Assembly: GCA_000320545.1 (NCBI GenBank) | Contig: ADNK01000747.1 | Span: 1-61,252 of the forward strand | Direction of reading: 5' to 3' | DNA from: Bigelowiella natans CCMP2755 | Lineage: Eukaryota > Protista > Cercozoa | Length of the DNA stretch: 61,252 nt | Part shown: positions 29,721 to 44,433 of the stretch, piece by piece | Layout of the letters: every line of letters starts with the position of its first letter | Numbering within the stretch: the first letter of the stretch is position 1 | Translations under genes and position numbers: made by a program | The notes under the pieces: generated by a model | What the model saw: the letters and a program-made list of their open reading frames with translations, nothing else | The model's database searches: none | What the model was told of the DNA's origin: nothing

Positions 29721-30049
29721 TCTAGAGAATTCTGAAACATAAGGACCTCAACCCAAGCCGAGCGGTCTAACTTCCACTTCCTCCAAGGTGGCATCATGCC
29801 AGCGCATTTGAATGAATGAATGAATGCAAATGAATTGACTTGCAGAAATTTTCCCTTGGTGAAACCGTGGTGCTCGTTTGGAGGTCTTTTCATTTGAGTC
29901 GAACGACAGGCCTTTTTTGTCCTGCGACAAGGTGGAAAAGACCATATTTGCTTGCAAACACGTCGTCTGTCAACGGGTTTTGAGGCCTGGCTTCCGGAGG
30001 GCACAGAATCCTTCTTTGGAGACAGCACTCACCGCACAAAATCCATCCA

Positions 30050-31907
30050 ATGGCGGCGGCGACGGAGAGCGAAGTCACTACGTGCCGGATAATGTCGCCC
30101 GATGATGCAAATCCTGGTCCGTAGCGGATGTGCGGCATGTGTACTTAGTGTGTGTGTGTGTGTGCGTGCGTGTGTGCTTGGTGTGTGTTCTTTTGTGATA
30201 ATGTAGTTGTATGCGTACTAACGTCCGCTTCTGCTTGTCTGCATCATCGTCCAGCTGGCAACGTCCATGGCGGGACCATAATGAGGATGATTGAATCGGC
30301 TGGCTAGTATGTGGATCGCACGCCTTTCCCTCTTTCCTTTTTTGTGCAACAGCCGTAACAATGACAGTGCGAAAATCCTGTGTTTAACAGCGTCGCGGCA
30401 ATGCGCCACCTCCATTCTCAAAAGGATAGCAGCGGCTCGAAGCCATCTTGCAGAGCTGCGGTATTTCATTCCTGTTTTGTCGTGATCTCTGCCACCGCCA
30501 TTCTCATCGTCGGTCTTGTGCCGGTGGCGATTAGGTTACCCACCGACTTGAGCACATGGATTTCTTGAAGCCCCTTGAAACCCATATATATCGGCAATTT
30601 GGCTAAGCTACAGGCAAGAGTGGTAACTTCATATACAGCTCGAATAGTGAACGAATGCGTTGACTCGCTTGCTTCGTTTGCACCATTTCCGATGTTGTAT
30701 TTGTGCGGGTTCCAGCTCCAATGTTGCGATGCGACCCACAGCTGCTACTTGCTGGTCTGCTGGCAGTGTGCGGTGCTGAGGTGAGTCTGACTTCCTTGTG
30801 CTACAACGTGCATAGATTTTTGTCAAGAATGCCTCGCTTCTAGTCGAGGTGATTGTGAAGGCTGAGGACCTAACGAAGGTAGCGTTGGAGTGTCGTTACG
30901 TGCTGCTATACTAGCTGCTAGCTGCGGGTCATCACCACGTGGGCAATACGTTGTCATCATTATCTTTCATCAATAATGTGTGAGAAACATTGTACATCCT
31001 ACTCCTTCCGACCCCTCCCCTGCTGCCCGGAAATATTCTTTTTACCTGGCGGAAGGTGTCGGAGAGCCTGTGCAACAAGGCTTATGTGTGGTATCTTTCA
31101 ATGGAGGTAGTTGCTCATTCACGCTGCCCCTTAACATCGATGAACCCTGTTATCATGTCGATTGATCAGTCTTACCGAATTAGAAGGGGGGGAAGGACGT
31201 GTGTGTGTTTTGGCTACTGTATCTTGCATATCTGCTAAGTCATTTTCTTCACGCAAAATATGGTCCACGAGCGCATCGATGACATGATATGTCTAGATTC
31301 ATGTGATAATGACATAAATCCTTAGTTGAGACATTATCACTTATTTGACGATGCTACTTTTAATTTATACTCGACAACTTTTAAATGCCAGAAAGCCGAA
31401 GAAGGCGAAGATGAAGAGAAGACGGTCCTCCTGTTCCCGTGAAACTGCCAAACATTCATTATTCTATCCTCCTCCTCCCCCCTGTTCTTCCTCCCTCGCT
31501 TGCATAACTGTCGACTTATGGTGTTGGTGTCCATTATTGTACCGTGCCTGCTGCTGAGTAGAAGCTGCGATTGTTTCCGAAGGGAGAGGTAATTGAGCTG
31601 TGCTTTGCTGCTGCTGCTGGGTTGAGTAAAAAATGATGATGATATTGATAATGATGATGATGACGATTCAGCTGCTGAAAATATCCTGCATGTGCTGTTT
31701 TCGGACAACATTCGTCAATCTTAGAACCAACAGCATACTGCTCGGGTGGTGGTGATGGGAGATGATCGGCTTCCCTCCCTTTCTTGCTGATGTCACCGCC
31801 CCCCCCCCCTTTTTGTGTGGGCAGAAATGGAGGAAGAGCACAGCGACCCCGGCCCTCGGGAAGCCTTCCACCCACAACGACAAAGTGCGAATAATTTTAA
31901 AACATCA

Positions 31908-31978
<71 letters not shown>

Positions 31979-32332
31979 ACATTATAAAGTAAGAAATACG
32001 TATTATGTATTATATTTGTGACATAATAACTCATGTATTTGAATTCTGCTCGTGTGCGTGCTCATTCTTTTGGGGGTTTGATGTTAGTTCTTGGAAATGT
32101 ACGCTACGATGTACGCGGAGAGGGAGAAGCTGAGGCAGCAAGTTGGCCATGGCCTCGATGACCTTAAAAAAGCCAATGGTCAAGATGAAATGAGTCAGCG
32201 TGGTGGAGGGGGTGCTGGTGGTGAATGAGGCTGCATGTCAATGTGTGGCGGGCACGTTATCACAATCCGAACTTGTGCTTTATTGCAGTGTATCTCTCTG
32301 CTCAATCGTGACTGCTAGTAGTAGATGTAGTG

Positions 32333-32363
<31 letters not shown>

Positions 32364-32695
32364 CGGTGGTGGTGGTGGTGCTACCGGTGCAGAGGAACTT
32401 TAGTAGTGTGAAATTGAGCTTCAACGAATAAGAACGGCACGTGGTTTCGGTTTGGTGAGATAATGGGGGGGGGGGGGGGGCACGATCGCAGAACAGGAGT
32501 ATGCCTGCGTAGCTTCCTCTTACGTTCAGTGTTGGTATTACGAGGTGATTTGATCAATTAAAAGGCCCTGGGCAGTGTGGTGTGCGTGAATGCAAAAGCT
32601 ACCTTCGCGAGCTCAAGGTCTCTTGAAGTGGTGGTCACCGTTACGGTAGTAGTATTCCAAGATATTGATAGCTGGTGAATATAGTGATGATGATA

Positions 32696-32741
<46 letters not shown>

Positions 32742-32749
32742 AATATGTA

Positions 32750-32783
<34 letters not shown>

Positions 32784-33097
32784 CGTGATTGCGAGCATGG
32801 TGTTGCGTGGAAGCTGTGAGTAATTATCATCATATCATTGTGTGATTGTTTGCATCGAAAACTAGGCTGAAACATTTGGTCAAGACACGCCAAAGGTTTT
32901 GGAACAGGGCCTTTTCAAATCACGCAAACTCTAACATCCGGAATTCTGAATAAATTAAGTTTTTTTAAATCATACCTCTTTTTCTGCTTCTTCTCCGTAT
33001 GTTCACCGTCGCACTGCAGATTTGCGTGCAAGGGGTATATACGTTCGTGTCGCTTGGAAAAGACGGCCGAGTGCAGGTCATCATTTTTCGAAAATAG

Positions 33098-33128
<31 letters not shown>

Positions 33129-33456
33129 TAAGCATCGATGAGTATATAGTAATGAATCACAACGAAGAACATCAATCGATCGACAAAACGTAGATGAGTC
33201 GCAAAACACACACAAACACACACAAACACACACACACACATAATAGAATTCCACATATATTGTCGGGAGTATTCTGTCATCTATTGGTGACAAGCCCGCA
33301 TATTCCCCCACTTTCTTCTGATTTGTATTGACCAATCAGGCATTGCCAGCAATATCTCCTGAAACGACTCAAGAGAAGAAAGCGTATCAAGAAGGCCAAA
33401 AACGCTACCTAAAGCGCCGAGAACTTCGCATTAAGCAGAGAAAACGAAAGTCCTGA
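30050..33456 (+). CDS. Double hot-dog acyl-CoA thioesterase (ACOT7-like); apparent frameshift at 30564-30583
   Basis: TCRIMSPDDANP|AGNVHGGTIMRMIESAG, RLEHMDFLKP, IGNLAKLQARV, SLLVEVIVKAEDL, SSRSLEVVVTV, QGVYTFVSL and PETTQEKKAYQEGQKRYL. Confidence 0.85.
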
Positions 33457-33893
33457 TGCTGCTGCGAACACACACTATCAGCTATTGAAAAACACGGGAT
33501 CTGCTCATATATGAACCCTCAGCAGATATGTGATCGTTCGGCATGGGGACGTATAATATACCCGCCTATTACCATTCATCGCAGTCGTCGTGGCTCGATC
33601 TAGGTAATCGTGCAATGTATTGCTTCAGTCTTTCAGACAGTTGTATAGCTACTTCAAATCTTGTTTGAGCGCGCCGTAGAAATAAAGCATTTCTACCTTG
33701 TCGTCATGTCATTGACATTCGGTTCCGCGCAATCGCTCTGCCTTCAATGTTATCCCACATGCTGAATTACACTGCGAGCGCACATCTAGATATCCACTGC
33801 AGCGCATGTAGATTGTAGACACAGTAATATGATGTATATATAGACATGCAATATGTTATATGTATAATATATTTATTTCATATTGTGATATAT

Positions 33894-33931
<38 letters not shown>

Positions 33932-34397
33932 CGTTGTCTATTATATAGCACAATTACTAGGCCGATGAAATTGCCTAACTAGCGACGCTGGCTTGGCACG
34001 CTGGCATGCATACAACGCAATGTATGTGATGATGTCACCGGTCTCAGCACCTAGTTGGCTAGCGATGCCATGTTAGTTCATTAGATTGTGAAACATCTAG
34101 TATGGTAGTTGTGTGTTGTTGTTTTTTGTATGTCATTCTAGCATTGCTAGATTGCATGCAGCATATCTACATATCTACATATACGTAATGCACACATCGC
34201 AATGCATGCTTATATTGCACTGACGTACACACAATCAGTGTGATTCACACAAATAGCGGCACTTTCCGTATCATCAGTGGCTACCACGAGTGTATTACTC
34301 AGAGAAAGAGCATAACACACATATGCAATGACCTACTGCGTACCTAGCTGCGATATCTAGGCTAAGATACCGATTTCAAATTAAGGGCTATTGTAGC

Positions 34398-34593
34398 TTA
34401 TTGTGTATCGAAAAAGCTTCCAAATTCATTTATTTGCTTGCTCTTCCTTTTGTAATCGCGCCATTGCCCGTGCCTTTCGAACGTCCGCAGCGCACCTCTT
34501 CTGTCGCTCGATTCTGTATTTGAAACAAGCGTGAGGCATCATAGCACAGCACACTTGGATCCTGGGGAAAATAAAAATCTTGGACCATCAAAA

Positions 34594-34632
<39 letters not shown>

Positions 34633-37230
34633 CAGAGAAGAAAGACTCTACTTTGCCAGCTTTGCTTTCCTCTTTCGATGTCCCCGCGACTTAAGATGCT
34701 CTTGAAACCTTTTTATTATTAAATGGAAGGATAATCATGGGTGAGCAATGATCAACGGCGAGCCATAGAACCTGGCCCTCATCCAGACCCCGAAACGCTC
34801 ACAGCATCATATACACATACAAAGCCGCCCGGATACACATGAAAGGGCTATATTCGCCACTAATGCGGCGCTACTTCTACTTAACAACAAAAAATTGAAG
34901 AGAATGCTTTCAACGCACTCATGGCTGCCGTGCAAGGTGCGGCCGCAGTCTTTGCATTCGAAGCTCTTCCACTCCTTGAGAGACTTGACGATCCCATGGG
35001 CATATCCAGCATCCTTGCCTTTATCATTGCCATGTACCTCCCCAGCGGCGTTGTGTTGTAGCTCTCGTAGCATAAAGGCGCGGACGATTGCAAGGGATGG
35101 TCTCAGCACGTCCTCCCCCCTTTGAGTTTTCGTTGTGTAAGGGTTATGGCGAAATAAGGGAGGGAAGGGACATGTGAGCAGGATGGATGGATCATACTGG
35201 AACATATACTACAACAGATTTCTGTCGGGGATTATACACACATATTATTTATAAATATATATATATTGTGTGTGTGTGCGTGTGTGTGTAATGATGATGC
35301 AGAGGGACAAGAGAATATGCAGAGAGAGGACGCAAGTGATAGACGAGGGTTTCTTCTGTTGGATGACCAAAGATCCGCTCGCGACGTATCGAAATGGTGA
35401 AGGTCAAAGAGCCCTTGCCCATGCTGAGAAGGCAGCAGTGATGATGACAATGAGGATGTAGATGATGAGGAAAGCGTAAGAAGTCTCTCCCTCCCTGCTG
35501 CATTTGTAGGCCGAGAAGTAGAAGGCGTGTAACGTATGTTTCGAGACGGCTGAATGATTGAGACGCCCTGCTGTTCTTCTCTCTTGTCCTCCTTAGCACT
35601 AGAATCCCCTTGCCTGTTAACCCCACCACCACTGCGAATAGTACATTTCTCTTCCTGATCGTCCCTCATCATCATCACCATCACTTCCTCTTCTTCTTCT
35701 TCTTCTTCTTCTTCTTCTTCTTTCTCCCTTCGTCCTCGCATATGCCCCCCCCCTGATGCTGTTCTGTCCGCTGTTCCAACTACCCCCTCTTCATTCCCTT
35801 GCCGCGTTGCTCTTTTCCGTGGAGCAGGAGTGGGGGTGGGGGGAGGAGGGGGCAGGGGCTTTGTCCTGCTACATGGCAGAAGGCGGTTACGAACCCATTT
35901 CACCTGCTTCTGAGCGTATCTGAGTAGCAATGAATGATAGCAATGTGTGTGATTTCTTTGCATGAGAAGAACGTAGTGCTGTTACGTAAAAAAAAAAGGG
36001 GGGGGGGGGGGGGAGGAGGAACAAGAGGCCGCACCTCCTAGTCGCAGTCTTGAGTCTCGAAACAGCTGTTTGTAAGAGGTCTTTAAGACGACTGTTGCGG
36101 GTATGCTCTCCTTCTCTTTCTTCTTCTTGTTCGTGATTTCCCTCCCCCCTCCCCTTGGCCTTCTCTCCCCCTTTCACATCTTGCGCAGATGCTTCTGCTG
36201 CCTTTCCTGCTTTCTCAATCCGCACCCCCCCCCCTCCCCTCTTCGCCTCCAAGTAAGGAAAGAACTGTCGGAAACCGATCGATTGGCCGACGCCTGAGCA
36301 GAGTTGTCAGGGGGGGTTAGCCAGCCTTTTTGACTGATTGGCATGATCGAGCATACACATGCGAATACTCTCTTTGATTCGTATTCGAAATGAATGCTTT
36401 CTATCGTGAAGAGATGGTGTGAGAAGTTGAAGACATGATGGTACCAAAGGGCTCCGATGTGAATGCTTTTATATTGCCCGCAGCCTTTTCCACTAATAGC
36501 TAATGCCGTTCAAGAGTACACACACAACACTCACACTAATCAGCGTTATCGATATGCGATTTCCATATTTAGATCAGAGTTTCACAAGGGGGGGGTAGGG
36601 TAGAGCTTCTACTTGAAAGAGGCCGTCGCACTCATCTACGAGCCCATTGGCCATCATTTTATCGATGCGCTTATCCAACCGCGTGTTCAATACCTATCAA
36701 CAGGGGAGGGAGGTGTGCGCCCGCGTTTGTGTATGTGTGTTAGTGAGCGTGTTTGTGTATCGAGATTTCTTTTAAATCTAAGAACATTGTTATTATCATA
36801 TTCATCTGAAATACTACGATTAACGACCTCCTTGCTGCACGTAAGCCAGATCACGCAAGCATCGTAAGTTGCCGTGCGAAAGGCCGATCTACGCTTCTCC
36901 GAGAGAAGCTCGCTCAGTTGATGACCCCCCGTATCACGGTAATATCTCACTGCCCTTCTCACCTGACTCAGCATCGGATTTTGCATGTTAGCACGCATAT
37001 GTGAAATGTATGGTTATAATGCTTACAGATGTAAAGTCGATGTTGCATGCACATTTTCATCATCGGTACCTTTCGAACGTCGTTTGGGTGCAGCCTATTG
37101 GCCATCACAGGATCAAGCTGCTGAAGCGCCAGATGCAATTCTTTGCAAAATAAATAGATATATGGCGGGTGATGTTGAAACATACGCACAGCAAGATGCA
37201 CAGCCAGATGCTGCAGTTAGATTCTGATTG

Positions 37231-37266
<36 letters not shown>

Positions 37267-38454
37267 ATATATATTCTGCATTTTATATTAGCGGGATTGA
37301 TCAGGATTCCTTCCCTTCTTCCTCCAATACCATACGTTCTGTATCATAGAAAAAAAATTGCCTTTTGCTCCAGCAGAGGCCATGTCTTTCGGAATAATTG
37401 CAGCTACGTCGTCATGTATTGCTTTTTGAGGATCTTCTCGTTGTGAAGTGCTCTTGCTCTCTCTGGTACAGATTTCGTCGACTTTGTGGTCGTTTCCCCC
37501 AGCCTCAAGTAGATCGGCAAATATCAGCGATTCGATCCACATCATCGTACCGCCCGCCACCTGTTTTTGATTTTGGAATGGAGCGGTATGAAGGGAGGAG
37601 GGGGGAAGGGAGAGGGGGGAGGGGGGAGGGGGAAGTAAATAGAAAGCGACGAATATCCTAAACAAACTCGCTGGTGAGAGATTATACATAGATCTCCGGG
37701 TCAAAAATAGAGCGAGGACATCTGAATTGTTTACTCCTAATATCAGAACTACGACTAGCTAGAAACAATCTCAATACAACGTCCAAACATCTCAAGGGGG
37801 GGGGGGAATACATTACGATGGGAAGAAATCCTCGACGATGTATGTCTTGTATCTTCTGTGTAGCCTCCTTCTTAAACTCTTGGATAAGATATTGGCGGGA
37901 AGGTTCCACAAAGCTCAAGAGATGATGCGGAACGCCCTGCGAATTGTTGTTTTCTACGATTTAAAAATGCTGAGCACGATTGAATCTTCCAAAGCATGAT
38001 GCGGATATCCACGCTAAAGTATCTCCACATATAGCTTGCTTGTCGTTATTAAAGCAAAACATGCCGTGCTTACATCCATCTCCTCAGAGGTCACAGTTGC
38101 GCTGCTGACATCGTTCCCTCGATAGATCTACGAATGGAGACAAGAAAAAGAGGAAAGGTATAGAAGGAGCTACACAACCTAGACGTGTGAAAGCACGGTC
38201 AGAAGATAGTGAACAGTCACACGATAGTGAAACACATTGAAATTCGGAAATATCCATGCACTTCAGGTAAGGTGAACGTACAGCACCTGCATTGAGTCCG
38301 CGGAAACCACCTCGGCACCATAGCCCACCCCCCTCCCTTGTCGAGCAAGAGCCTTCGCGAGGTCGACTGCAAGTTTTGATTTCCCAACACCAGTACTGCC
38401 AATGATGAACAGTACCTTCAGCCGTTCCCCACCCCCCCCCTTCCGCTTCGTCAT
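34398..38454 (-). CDS. TRIT1: tRNA dimethylallyltransferase (MiaA/MOD5/TRIT1 family) with C-terminal zinc finger
   Basis: IIGSTGVGKSKLAVDLA, EVVSADSMQ, GVPHHLLSFV, VAGGT, ANRLHPNDVRK, YAQKQVKWVRNR and CKDCGRTLHGSHE...EHLKSRGH. The stop may be at 34648 rather than 34398. Confidence 0.9.
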
Positions 38455-39647
38455 GTGGTGCTCGGCACTGGCGTCCTTCTGCTTTCTGGCAGTTGGTTTA
38501 AAACGCGTCGGGAGAACATCGTAAGATCGACCATTCCCTTCAGAATCGTTGTCGCTTGTGCAAATTCCGAAGAAAAGAGCATTCCATTCCATTCTGGTGC
38601 TTGCGGTAATTTCTCCTGCTTGGATCAATGGTCAATGGAAGACGAAGAATAGGGTTGTCGTAGGCAACAAATTGCCCTGATTTGCTGTGATGACTGCGAT
38701 GCCGAATTGTCAAGCGGGCAGGTTGCCCAATGCCGATGGGGACGAGCATGATTCCCCATCGTGCATGCCTCTAGAGGCTCACTGTTTCGCTGCTGCTACT
38801 ACTGTCATCTTCATCGCTCTGCACGTCACACACTCGAACAGCTCCGAATTGCCGAAACAACGAAATGGGATCATGTATCTTCCAAGGCCAACAAGGAGGG
38901 CGAGGCCGAGAGCAAAAAGCTCTCAAAAGTTCTGAGCACCGTCTCCACCTTCACAGCACCTGCCACCTCCTCCCCCCCCATTTTCTTCCCTCAAACATCG
39001 CCAAGAGCCTTGAAAGGCGTTGCATCCTCCTCCTCTGCGATCCGTTGTCCCAATCATCCCACCACGTCTCCGGACCCGCTGAAGCCACGGAACGATCGTC
39101 GAACGCACGTCTGTCGTGGTGCGCTGCACCTCGGTCCATGAAATGGGCCAGACAACAGTCGACGGGAGCTCTAGCATTGCAGATTAGCCCGCACTTCGCG
39201 CACGGGCACGCATGAATTCCACGCTTGCGGCAACAAACTAGACAAATGACAATGATCTCATGCAATCTGCAAGTGTTGGCTTCGATCGTCACGCGTGCGA
39301 CAACGTTTTCGCCACATGCACATCGCTTGCTTGCGCTAGTTTCGCGCGCGCATGCATGCACAACATGAAAGTGAGTGATTGAATCACATTGCCCGTGTTT
39401 CCAGATAATCACAACTGTTTAAATTTCGTGCACGTCTCGGCATGCTAGCATGCACCATGTCTCATCAATTACGAACTTGACTTTCAAAGTGCCCATTTTT
39501 AATTTTGGCTTGCACCTGATGGGCCATGCTGACGAACGTCATGCAATTTTCACATGGACACCATGTGGCTCCTTCTAGATGGCTAGATGGGGCCCCGATC
39601 CCGACATTGTTACCCATCCGACGCCATGCAACGTCATGTTAATTTTA

Positions 39648-40689
39648 TCACTTCTCAACATCCATGCCTTCATCTGTTTCTCCTGCCTCTTTTTGCTGTT
39701 TTGGATCCGTCTCGATCGGCACGGTGCTGGTGGTGCACTCCTTCTCACGTGATGGAGCAGCAGCAGCCTCCTCATTAGACGCATGGTCCTCCAGCTTCTT
39801 TCCCGTCGTTTCTTCCTTCTTCGCCCCCTCTTCCTCATCCACAGTGCCAGCGGTGTTGGAAACAGGGGGAGCTGCGTTGCCACTATCAGCTGCTGCTCCC
39901 TCTGTCGCCAATATATCAGCATTTTCAGCATCACCATTTTCCTCCTCCTCCTCCACCGCTCCTTTCTTTTCTTCATGGGTAACTACTGCGGCAGCTGCTG
40001 CTGATTTAGTTTCTGAGGGCTCTGATGCACTTTCGCTGCTCGATATTCCTTTGCTCTCTTTAGCATCAGCCTCCGCAACCGAAGCAGTGCTAGAAGTCTG
40101 TTCAGGGACCGCCACCTCTTCCTTTTTGACACCTCCGGCGTTCTCCGCTTCTTTCGCATTGTTGTCATCTTCGTTTTTGTGCTTACTTTCCCCCGCGTGC
40201 TCTTCTACCTCCATTTTCTCGCCATCCGGAGCAGCAGCAGCAGCAGCGGCAATACTCTGTTCTTTGTCGACATCAGAAACGACGCCCAGTTCGCTAGCTA
40301 GTAGCTTCCTCCCCGCGCCAACCCTCTTTTCACCGTTATTGTTTGCTAGACCAAGAGGGGAGATGGAGGTGGACTTTGGCGTGACCACAGGGGTAGAGAC
40401 AGGCGTCACGTTGCCTACACTCTCGTCGTCATCGGTGACTTTTGGAAAACAAAGGCGGATAAAGGTTGCTCAGTAGGTGTTTTGCATCTTAGAAATATCT
40501 CTTCCCCCGCTTCGCATACGCATAAAATCGTCCCCCTGTATCCCCCCCCCCCCCCCTGTTCCTCTCCTCCACGGACCAACCTTTCTCCAAAGGGGGTGGC
40601 AGTTTCGGTGGGTTGTGAAACAATTCAAAGCAGGGCTGGCACAAAATCGTGTTCCGGTACTAATTATGAAAACCAACATCGTCGTCGTT

Positions 40690-40724
<35 letters not shown>

Positions 40725-41026
40725 AAAGCAGAGGAAGAGGGGTAGTAGAAAGAATGAACGACTTTAGAGGCCTGGAAGTGGAAGGAGCAATTGCGTGGCA
40801 TGTGCGTGTGTGCGCGTAGGCGCATAAGAAGTCACCTTAGCAGGAACTTTCCCATCATTTTTGGCGACACGTGTAGCATGTGTGTAGACGTATTGATCCT
40901 GACATATTATTTATGATGATAATGGTGAAGCGGATGATGGCGACGAAAATTATATGACAATGGAAATCCCTACTCCTGATGTTCCTGGCCCCCATATCTC
41001 CAAGAAACCAAAATCCCAACCACCGT

Positions 41027-41068
<42 letters not shown>

Positions 41069-41742
41069 CTCTCCTCATTTGCTAAGAAAGAATGCTCAGT
41101 AGCACGCCACTAGATACGCACATTGGCAGCGTCGAAGACCCTCTCGAATTCGTCGAAGCATTTCGCACAACTAAAGGTAAGAACGAGGAAGATGAGATCA
41201 AAAGGTGGTGGCGCTCAAAACTAACATTTTACTTGATAAGATAGTTATTTGTACCACGACATATCTTACATGATTTTCCTGCGCATATCCCCCCCCCCCC
41301 CCCCCCCCCCCCCCACTAATTCACTGGTACAGGTACCTTTTCTGGTTGGGATCTGCTGCGACTTGAAGTGGCTGAGGTTTTTCAAACAAAAATGTCTCGT
41401 GATATGATGTTAAGGAGAAATTGATTAAAAAAATGAATTAAAAAAAATAAGATTAGATGTTGTGCGTGCGTGTATGTGCATCACTATAGTCCATCAATGA
41501 CCACCACCATAATCACCACCTTCTTGGGAGCGTTCTCTTCCTCGCCATCCTTTTCATCATCCTTCTTCTTGATCAACGTGGTGTCGTCTACCAGCGCCCA
41601 TTCGTCCGTGTCGAGGTAGTACTCGCGGGACACTACCCGACTAATGGCGTTTTATGATTCGGTGTACAGGGAAAAACAAAGAAGTAAGTTAGTGAGCGAT
41701 ATTAGTTACGACGCCGGTGTGTTTCAAGAAAGAGGAGCAAAT

Positions 41743-41784
<42 letters not shown>

Positions 41785-41812
41785 GCGGGCGCGCGCACAT
41801 AACACAATGGAA

Positions 41813-41849
<37 letters not shown>

Positions 41850-42189
41850 ACATATAAATATTATGTTTAAGGTGATCTGAAAGATAAAGCTGCATATTGT
41901 ATTGCCACTGAAGATAAAGAGGCAGCAGCAGCAATACTGATAAAACGATAGTGGTTGTGAGTTGGAGGAAGGGGGAGGCGGGGATATCATAATCTTCATG
42001 ATCAACTTTTGCCGATTCTCATCCTGCTTGTTTTGACGAAAGTGGCGATCGAGGCATTCGTCAAGCTTCCCCTGGGAGTCGTAGTAGCGCCCACACGTCT
42101 TACACTGACTCCCCTTGTGCATGTTGATGATCACAGGCTTGTTCTCGGTCTTCAACCACTCCTGCGACAGATGATATACAAAAGAGAGA

Positions 42190-42232
<43 letters not shown>

Positions 42233-42862
42233 GGGAGAAACGACGTCTTTTATTCCGTTGCAAATCGTAAGAATTTGGCTACACAGCGTCTGCTACTGCT
42301 ACTTACTACAACTACTACTAATACTACTACTTCTACTACCCTCTTCCACATGTCCTCCAGCTTGATCCGAACAGGCAGGGAGCTGCTTCGACGAGGAATT
42401 CTCCGAGGAGGCGGCGCGATAAATGCTCTTCCTGCACCGGGAGGCGGTATTGACATCCTGCTTGCCGTCCGCGTCCTTTGCATCTCCTAGGAATATTATA
42501 CAGGGACGAGAAAGAGACAGGGGGGGGGGGGGGTAAATCATGCCATTCCGCCCAGATCAATACTTTGGTGATGTCTCTTCTTCTCACCCTCGCTTTTACC
42601 GTTCTTGTGATCGGTTTTTCATAGCAATCATTATAAAATAATTTGTTAATGCCCACGATCACCGCCACCACCACCACCAGCCGGCATTTTATATGGTATC
42701 ACCAACCACCAGAATGAACATTATCATAGTCGCCATCACCACCACCCCTAAGAATGCTCTCCACCAAGCACATACAAAACAGCAGTAGCAGCAGCAGGAC
42801 CTTCATCATCTTGCTAATCAGCACGTCGTAGGGTTTATTCTGCATAGCCTACCGAAGAGACG

Positions 42863-42931
<69 letters not shown>

Positions 42932-43731
42932 TGGAGGAGAAAACCATGACGACGACGACGATACTGTTCTTAGATGCTGCAGACTTCACGTGGAGGTCGA
43001 GAGTTGGGAATGATGCACGTACGCTGTCTTTGATTTGAAGGAAGAGCGGCTTCAGATCTGGACGCTGCTGGTCTACCTTCTTCTCAAGCACAGCCAGCCT
43101 TTCGAATTCCAAATGCTTGGCGTTTTTACCTCTGACAAAACATGAAAGGAGGTTGGTGATCACGAAAAATGGCGAGGAGGACGATGAGGATGATAATAGT
43201 GATCACAGAGGTGCTGCTCAGCCCATTCTTTCCTACACTACTACTACTACTACTTCTACTACTACATATATTCCCTGACCGTAGGTTTGAAGAAGAGGAG
43301 GAGCCGCTACTGTTGCCAGGCCCACTGCGCGATGATGGAAACCAAACAATAAGATAAGAGAGTAATCCATGTGCGAGTTCTCGCTCCAACTTTTGAGAGT
43401 ATTATCACCTTATTCTAGGTCTTTTCCTTACATGTTCCTCGACTACCGGGTTGCCTATCTTTTCGCGTATGCGAGGATAAGCGCTCTTGAAAATTTTCGA
43501 CTGAAATAATGATAAAATTGACAATAGTAAGGAGAAGAATGCAAAGATGAATTCAGTGAGTATATCAGTCGGAGGATAAGCTGAAATTTGTCTACCTTTT
43601 CCCAGGTTTGGAGCATTCTGTGTAGTTTGTTTCTGCAGTCATATTTAACGCAAGCGTTGTAAGGATGCGGCATAGGACGGATGGAAAACGTTCTGAAGGA
43701 GGGGAGGGGGGTGGGAGGGGGGAGAGAGAGG

Positions 43732-43767
<36 letters not shown>

Positions 43768-44074
43768 GCAGCTTTGAAAGCGAAAATTTACTGACTTAGT
43801 TCGTGGATCCAAAGTCGGCGACTCATATGTTGTCACGAACAGCTCGTACATCTGTGGACAGAAGAAACAGGAGCTTCATTTACATTTTCTGTTCAAAGTT
43901 CCATACATGGCACGGGGGCATCACAGGCATGAGCGGTGTACCGCGGGCTCGAATTTAGCTTCATACGGAAACGGTGGCCGCATTCCTTTGACTGTTAATA
44001 GTAATGAAGTATGTGTCCTAAGCTCTGATGAACAGGGTGGGACGAGAGAAGTGTTCTAGGATCCAGAGCAGTAC

Positions 44075-44106
<32 letters not shown>

Positions 44107-44433
44107 GTTGTCATCATCACATCATACCAATAGAATCGATAAGACAGATGTATGGATATCGTCTCCTACCCTCAGTTTGCTGAGAAACAATGAGTGAAAA
44201 TCAGATGCCAGTTAGGGGTGCAAGGTACACCGCGATGGGCGCAAATAAACCACCTTCAGTATGGCCTTTATCAAGCTCTCCACAACCTCATCCGCGAACA
44301 TACAGACATACTCATCCGCAATCTTGGTGAGAAACTTAATTTTTTCCCCGTCCGCCCGAGTGAGCTCCATAAGTTTGCTGTTCAGTCGACCTCGAAACGC
44401 ATTACGCGCCCGATGATCGCTGGCTCTCCTCAT
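39648..44433 (-). CDS. PCF11: PCF11-like pre-mRNA cleavage/polyadenylation factor (CID + zinc fingers + acidic tail)
   Basis: CID exons LMELTRADGEKIKFLTKIADEY, YICLIDSI and KLHRMLQTW; QCKTCGRYY...LDRHFRQN; SREYYLDTDEW; CAKCFDEFERVFD. The start could be further upstream in ORF 44212-44571. Confidence 0.8.

Noticed and set aside
29717-30469. Minus-strand ORFs suggesting a gene convergent with hemC
   Set aside because: They are antisense shadows of the + strand ACOT7-like exons (RIMSPDDANP, GNVHGG) and its upstream spacer.
38761-39141. 126-aa + strand ORF between TRIT1 and PCF11
   Set aside because: No recognisable motif, and overlapping ORFs in several frames. Cannot be supported without transcripts.
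39664-40476. 270-aa Ser/Ala-rich + strand ORF
   Set aside because: Antisense of the Glu/Ala/Lys-rich PCF11 terminal exon.
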